Of a stretch of 64,000 bases of DNA, positions 58,820-64,000 are shown piece after piece; the first letter of the stretch is position 1, and every line of letters starts with the position of its first letter. Origin of the DNA: Minisyncoccota bacterium (GTDB lineage: Bacteria > Patescibacteriota > Minisyncoccia > Phycocordibacterales > UBA2100). The position numbers and the translations under genes were made by a program. The notes under the pieces are model-generated. The model was not told the DNA's origin and did no database searches. It saw only the letters and a program-made list of their open reading frames with translations. The stretch lies in assembly GCA_035559235.1 (NCBI GenBank), contig DATMBM010000010.1, positions 20,257 to 84,256 of the forward strand, written 5' to 3'.

Positions 58820-59862
58820 AACCCCTCTACCTTGTCAGCGGCATCATCTTCTTCGGCGTCGTCGCGTCGGCGCTCATCATCGGTTTCCAGGACGACCCGA
58901 TCGGCACGATCACCGGCGAGCGGCGGTACGTGGAGATTGCGGACGCGGCAGGATTCGTCAACAGCGAACCGTTCAAGCTCGCGGATTTCGTGGGCGAGAA
59001 GGTTATCCTCGTCGATTTCATGACCTATTCGTGCATCAATTGCCAGCGGACGTTCCCGCACCTCGTCTCGTGGTACGAGTCCTATAAAGACGATGGCTTT
59101 ATCATCGTCGGCATTCACACGCCGGAGTTTGCCTTTGAAAAGAATGAGGAAAACGTTGAGCGTGCCATGCGGGAGGCGGGGATCACGTATCCGATCGTGC
59201 TCGACAATGACTATGGGACGTGGCGCGCCTACGGCAATCACTACTGGCCGAGGAAATACCTCATCGATATCCACGGCAACATCGTCTATGACCACATCGG
59301 CGAGGGTGCCTACGAGGAAACTGAAGAGAAGATCCGCGAACTGCTGCACGAGCGTGCCGAGGTGCTCGGTGAAAATGTCTCGTTTGGCTCTTCACTTGCT
59401 TCTGCGGCGATTACACCGACACAGAATGCCGCACGCTCTCCCGAGACGTATTTCGGCTCACTTCGGAACGAGTACTTTCGAAGCGGCATGCCGGGTGTAG
59501 CCGGAACGCAATCGTTCGAACGCCCGGAGTCTCCCCGCGTTAATTCGCTCTATCTTCCGGGAACGTGGACCATCATGCCGGAATATGCCGAAGGTGCGGC
59601 CGGCTCATCGGTGATCTATCGGTACTATGCAAAAGACGTGTATCTCGTCGCGACTGCGGATACTGAGGTGCGGGTGCGCATCCTGCAAGACGGCGCACCC
59701 GTGACCACGGCGCGAGGGGAAGATGTCGATGCGGAAGGGTGGTTAACGGTGCGGGAAGATCGTCTCTACCGTCTGGTGAGTAACCCCGCAGCCGGAGAAC
59801 ATATTCTCGAAATTCAGGTACCGGAAGGAGGTCTGCGCGCGTTTGCCTTTACGTTTGGGTGA
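58816..59862 (+). CDS. DipZ-like redoxin
   Basis: TYSCINC, HTPEFAFEK, YWP, SPETY, AFTFG. Confidence 0.88.
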   Translation: MKPLYLVSGIIFFGVVASALIIGFQDDPIGTITGERRYVEIADAAGFVNSEPFKLADFVGEKVILVDFMTYSCINCQRTFPHLVSWYESYKDDGFIIVGIHTPEFAFEKNEENVERAMREAGITYPIVLDNDYGTWRAYGNHYWPRKYLIDIHGNIVYDHIGEGAYEETEEKIRELLHERAEVLGENVSFGSSLASAAITPTQNAARSPETYFGSLRNEYFRSGMPGVAGTQSFERPESPRVNSLYLPGTWTIMPEYAEGAAGSSVIYRYYAKDVYLVATADTEVRVRILQDGAPVTTARGEDVDAEGWLTVREDRLYRLVSNPAAGEHILEIQVPEGGLRAFAFTFG

Positions 59863-59958
59863 TCGATGCTGCGGCGCGGGTATCCACATAGCACGGGGAA
59901 AAAGGCTGGACGGCCCCGACAGTGCGCTACAATGCGCTCATTAATTTAGGGAAACATT

Positions 59959-60348
59959 ATGGACCTGTCTATCTTTTTAGCAAAATTATTCGGTTTGTAT
60001 TTCCTCATCGCCGGCGGCATCATCATGCTTCGCCAGAAGTCGTTCATGCCGGTTGTGATGGATTTCTTCAGCTCACGATCGCTGATCATGCTGGTGGGGC
60101 TTTTGGAGCTGGTCGCCGGTCTCGCGCTCGTGATCGCCATGCCGAATGTCACTCCTGACTGGCGCGGCGTTATTTCCCTCATCGGTTACTGGATGGCGCT
60201 CGAAGGTGTTATCTACCTTACTTCTCCGTACACGAAGCTGCACCGAGTCCTCCGGCACTTCAACACGCCAACGTGGTACACCTCAGGAGGCTTGTTTGCG
60301 GTCGTTTTGGGCGCGTATCTGGCTGGCAAGGGCTTCGGTTTCTGGTAA
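59959..60348 (+). CDS. Four-TM membrane protein
   Basis: Hydrophobic helices; SIFLAK..G start. Confidence 0.75.
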   Translation: MDLSIFLAKLFGLYFLIAGGIIMLRQKSFMPVVMDFFSSRSLIMLVGLLELVAGLALVIAMPNVTPDWRGVISLIGYWMALEGVIYLTSPYTKLHRVLRHFNTPTWYTSGGLFAVVLGAYLAGKGFGFW

Positions 60349-60515
60349 TTCGTGTTCAAAGATTTCAACTACTTCGTTGCGGGTCCTCAGGGCCCCGCTC
60401 GTCGTATGCGCGATACGCTTGACGGGCCCTTCTCCCCACGCCTCGTATCTAAGAACTTTTGAATCGCGAATTGTACGAGCGACAAACCGAGCGCCGTGAG
60501 GCAGCGAGCGGGGGA

Positions 60516-60866
60516 CTAGAAGTGGAAACTCTTTGCCCAGTGACCGATAAGCGGCAGCTCTTTTTCCTGTCCCTGTGCCGCACGAACGATGCCGATGATC
60601 GCCAGTACCAAAATCGCGAGATTTACCAGCTGGAGCAGCGGGAAGAGGACCCAAACGGTCGTCATGACCATCCAGGTGGCGACTTCGCCAATGACCAGCA
60701 AAAGACCCTGCTTGATGTGGAATTTGACGAATGGATCGTCTTTCGCCAGCAAGTAGGAGATGATAATTAACGGACCGATATAGGCGAGAATCGCCATGAG
60801 GGTATTCTTCTCCGGGTGGTGTTGGGTCCCGGACGAGGACGATGCCTCCTGTGTGGTGTCTTCCAT
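60516..60866 (-). CDS. DUF4870-like membrane protein
   Basis: AILAY...FVKFHIKQG...LPLIG. Confidence 0.8.
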   Translation of the reverse strand: MEDTTQEASSSSGTQHHPEKNTLMAILAYIGPLIIISYLLAKDDPFVKFHIKQGLLLVIGEVATWMVMTTVWVLFPLLQLVNLAILVLAIIGIVRAAQGQEKELPLIGHWAKSFHF

Positions 60867-60914
60867 ACAAAAGTAAATTGCGCACGCTGTTAAGCGTTTC
60901 TATAGTATCATGGT

Positions 60915-61697
60915 TTGGTGTCAATCATAGAAGCAATCCTCCTCGGTGTTGTCGAGGGTGTTACCGAATTCCTGCCGATCTCTTCGACGGCGCACCTCGT
61001 CATTGCCTCGCGCCTCTTGCAGGTGCCGGAAAGTGCCTTTTTGGGAAGTTTTATCATCGCAATCCAGCTTGGGGCCATCGGAGCGGTCGTCCTCCTGTAT
61101 TGGCGCACGATCCTTCTGAATCCGGAAGGTATCAAACGGATCGCGGTGGCGTTCGTGCCCACTGCGGTTGCCGGGTTTGTGCTGTATCAGCTGCTCAAGA
61201 ATGTCTTGTTGGAAAACTTGGCGCTCATCGCGTGGGCGCTCGTGCTCGGCGGCATCGTTTTGATTGTATTTGAGCGGTGGTATGCGGCACGGCCGAAGCA
61301 AGCGGCCGTGCCGCTCGAATCGCTCCCGTTCAGAACGGCCTTTCTGATTGGCTGTGCGCAGGCACTTGCGATCATTCCCGGTGTCTCGCGGGCGGGAGCG
61401 ACTATCATTGGCGGTCTTGCGCTCGGCGTCGGACGTAAAGAGATCGTCGAATTTTCGTTTCTATTGGCAATTCCCACGATGCTCGCGGCGACGGGCTACG
61501 ACCTTCTCAAGAGCGGGTCCGCATTCGCCACCAACGACTGGGGATTGCTCGGCCTCGGATTTATCGTGTCGTTCGTCGCAGCCTATGCGAGCGTTCGCTG
61601 GCTCTTGAGGTTTATCCAGACGCACACGTTTACCGGTTTTGGTTGGTACCGAATCGTGATCGGTGGAGCAATACTTGCGGTGCTGTATATCGCGTGA
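60915..61697 (+). CDS. uppP: Undecaprenyl-diphosphate phosphatase
   Basis: EGVTEFLPISST.H, PGVSRAG.TI, EFSFLLAIP. Confidence 0.93.
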   Translation: MVSIIEAILLGVVEGVTEFLPISSTAHLVIASRLLQVPESAFLGSFIIAIQLGAIGAVVLLYWRTILLNPEGIKRIAVAFVPTAVAGFVLYQLLKNVLLENLALIAWALVLGGIVLIVFERWYAARPKQAAVPLESLPFRTAFLIGCAQALAIIPGVSRAGATIIGGLALGVGRKEIVEFSFLLAIPTMLAATGYDLLKSGSAFATNDWGLLGLGFIVSFVAAYASVRWLLRFIQTHTFTGFGWYRIVIGGAILAVLYIA

Positions 61698-61698
61698 G

Positions 61699-62625
61699 TC
61701 ATCCCCGCATCACGAGATACACGACATAGAGGCAGTAGGCGACGATGAAAAGAGCGCCGGTCCCACGGGTCAACGTAAGTCGCGTCCTGACCGCCGCAAG
61801 CAAGGCAAATGCGGCAAGAAGCGTGATCATGAGGTCAAACGTCAACCCGTTGTCGAATGAAATCGGGCCCATCAGCGCGCCGACGCCGAGGATCATGAGG
61901 AAGTCAAAAATATTCGATCCCACGACATTGCCGACGGAGAGCGCGAAGCGGTCGCGATAGGCGGCGGTTACCGAGACGGCAAATTCCGGCAGCGACGTGC
62001 CGATGCCGACAATCGTGAGCCCGATAAGCGCTTCGCTCATTCCGGCCAACGCCGCAAATGTGGCGGCTCCATCGACGACCCAACGGCCGCCGAGAATGAC
62101 GCCGGCGGTACCGATAACGCTGAGGCCTGCGGCGCGGCGGATTGAAATCTTGTGGTGCCGCTCGCGCTCCGGCATGTCGTGGCTATGGAAGACGATCGCG
62201 AGCCATAGCACGAACGCGCCCAGCATGATAATGCCTTCGGCACGGCTGATGACGCCCGCGCTCGGGCCGAGTGCAAAAAAACCGGCGATAATGATCGCGA
62301 GGCAGTTCCAGAGCAAATCGCGACTGACCCAGACGCGTTTAAACACGAGAGGTGTTGCCAACGCCGAGGCGCCAAGGATCGCCAAGATATTGAACGTATT
62401 TGAACCGATGACGGTCCCGAGTCCCATGGCCTCCTGGTCGCCGGCATGCGCCACTAACATGATGACGAGTTCGGGGATCGAGGTGCCGATTCCTGCGATC
62501 AGGAGTCCAATCACGAATGGAGAGACGCGCATGCGCTCGGCAATGCCCGTCGCGCCGTCAATGAGGATGTCGGCACCTTTGATGAGGATGTAAAAACCAA
62601 TAAGAAACAGGACGAGCGTCCACAT
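61699..62625 (-). CDS. Calcium/sodium antiporter (YrbG-like)
   Basis: GTSIPE...GSN and GTSLPE...GSNIF alpha repeats. Confidence 0.9.
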   Translation of the reverse strand: MWTLVLFLIGFYILIKGADILIDGATGIAERMRVSPFVIGLLIAGIGTSIPELVIMLVAHAGDQEAMGLGTVIGSNTFNILAILGASALATPLVFKRVWVSRDLLWNCLAIIIAGFFALGPSAGVISRAEGIIMLGAFVLWLAIVFHSHDMPERERHHKISIRRAAGLSVIGTAGVILGGRWVVDGAATFAALAGMSEALIGLTIVGIGTSLPEFAVSVTAAYRDRFALSVGNVVGSNIFDFLMILGVGALMGPISFDNGLTFDLMITLLAAFALLAAVRTRLTLTRGTGALFIVAYCLYVVYLVMRG

Positions 62626-62714
62626 CGTCACCAGTGTACCAGCTGCGGCGTCATATGCAGACGAACGTGGTAGAATAAATCGATATTCTTGCGGTAGTGT
62701 ACCGCGATGTTGGC

Positions 62715-63296
62715 ATGCGACACCGAAAGGCAGCTCTGAGAGATGTCCGTTTGCGCCGCGGACGCAACCTATTCCTCATCGGCCTCAGTATGTATGCGGC
62801 CTACGGCATGATGTATTCCGGGGTTGTGAGCCGATGGATCGATGGCGCCAATGAATACGCGATGCTCGGAAGCTTCGTGGCCGGAATGTTCTTTACGTCG
62901 CTCTTCACGTTAGCGCCCGCCATTGTCGCGCTCGCGGAATTGTCGCAAAGTACACCGTGGCACCTGGTGGTTGTGCCCGGGGCGCTCGGCTCCGTTGTGG
63001 GTGATCTCCTCTTGTTTCTCTTCCTGCGCGACGTCGTCATCACCAGTGTCTCTGAAATTATTTCGGGACCGTGGCATCGCCGGTGGAAAGTGCTCATACG
63101 CCGTCCGTTCTTGCAGTGGATCATTCCGGCGACAGGACTTCTCTTGTATACGCTGCCGTTCGTGCCTGATGAAGTCGGCCTGTCCCTGATGGGGCTTTCC
63201 AATTTGCGCATCACGCTCCTCATCCCGCTTACGTTCGCGGTAAACATCGTGAGCATCTCCATGATATGGTTCAGCGTGCATGCCTTCTTCGCGTAA
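62715..63296 (+). CDS. Membrane protein, VTT/DedA-like
   Basis: GMFFTS.FT, GDLLLF, P.PDE.G; start uncertain. Confidence 0.65.
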   Translation: MRHRKAALRDVRLRRGRNLFLIGLSMYAAYGMMYSGVVSRWIDGANEYAMLGSFVAGMFFTSLFTLAPAIVALAELSQSTPWHLVVVPGALGSVVGDLLLFLFLRDVVITSVSEIISGPWHRRWKVLIRRPFLQWIIPATGLLLYTLPFVPDEVGLSLMGLSNLRITLLIPLTFAVNIVSISMIWFSVHAFFA

Positions 63297-64000
63297 CACG
63301 CTCGAGGACGCGCTAAAAGCCGCACAGCAAGACGCGGTCGAGCGCCGCGTGTTCCCGGGATGCGTCGTCGGCGTACGTACACCGCATGGGCGCACGGTAA
63401 GTGCGTACGGCCATCATACATATGACGCACATTCGCCCGCCGTTGTGGAAACAACGCTGTACGATTGCGCGTCGCTTACCAAATCAGTTGTGACGGCAAC
63501 GCGCGCACTCCAGCTTCTGGACGAAGGACGATTGCGACTCGATGATCCGCTGCAAGCCCACGTCCCCGAATACTGCTCGTCGGATGTCCGTATTCGGCAC
63601 TTACTCACATATACGGTGGGTGGCGTGGCGCTCTCGACGCTTAAGGACCGCACGGCAGATGAAATTGTTGCCACTGTACTCCGCACGCCCCCTGCGGCGC
63701 CGCCCGGCACGCAGTTCGCGTATGCAAATTCACCCGCCTTCCTCCTCGGCCTTGCGCTTGAGCGCATTGGTGGTCCCGTCTCGACTCACGAGAGCTCGTC
63801 GACACGAGGCAAGCCGCTTGACCGACAGGCGTCTGAGCGCATCTTTGAACCGCGCGGGATGCGTGCGACAACATTTGCGCCCCGTGGCGCCGCGCCGACC
63901 GAAGAAGGGGTCCAAGATATCGTGCACGATGAAAGCGCGCGCGTCTTCGCGCGCGCAGGCCGCGTTGTCGGACACGCGGGTCTTTTCTCCACGGTTCCCG
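63280..64000 (+). CDS. Serine hydrolase, class C beta-lactamase family; runs off the window end
   Basis: Translated by hand from ATG 63280: FPGCVVG, ASLTK, HLLT, YAN, VHDE, GHAGLFST. Confidence 0.85.
   Translation, partial: MPSSRNTLEDALKAAQQDAVERRVFPGCVVGVRTPHGRTVSAYGHHTYDAHSPAVVETTLYDCASLTKSVVTATRALQLLDEGRLRLDDPLQAHVPEYCSSDVRIRHLLTYTVGGVALSTLKDRTADEIVATVLRTPPAAPPGTQFAYANSPAFLLGLALERIGGPVSTHESSSTRGKPLDRQASERIFEPRGMRATTFAPRGAAPTEEGVQDIVHDESARVFARAGRVVGHAGLFSTVP

Noticed and set aside
1-64000. CRISPR array, cas genes, rRNA, intact transposase or integrase, prophage structural genes
   Set aside because: No regularly spaced repeats or recognisable motifs seen on reading

Overview
This 64-kb window of GC-rich bacterial chromosome uses the standard code 11. 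Its gene repertoire and style (short prfB, ftsEX, pyrG, typA, class F sortases, many small secreted or membrane proteins, few Shine-Dalgarno sites) suggest Patescibacteria/CPR, Parcubacteria-like; this is an inference. It holds three tRNAs (Thr-GGT, Thr-CGT, Gln-CTG). A GIY-YIG nuclease gene sits between a duplicated tRNA-Gln 5' end and the intact tRNA. The duplicate is interrupted by a 29-nt palindrome that recurs about 41 kb away. A roughly 10-kb, more AT-rich defence island follows tRNA-Gln: NucS/DUF91-like nuclease, HNH, HTH-hsdM, membrane protein, hsdS, DUF3800-like gene with a three-way-junction RNA, hsdR and a second membrane protein. Next comes an accessory region with several broken genes, an alternative-oxidase-like gene, a polysaccharide cluster, a P-type ATPase, a sortase next to a minimal VPDTG substrate, and a redox cluster. 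Many genes have a -10 hexamer only 6-7 nt before the start codon, which points to leaderless transcription. All family calls come from motif recognition by eye; no searches were run.
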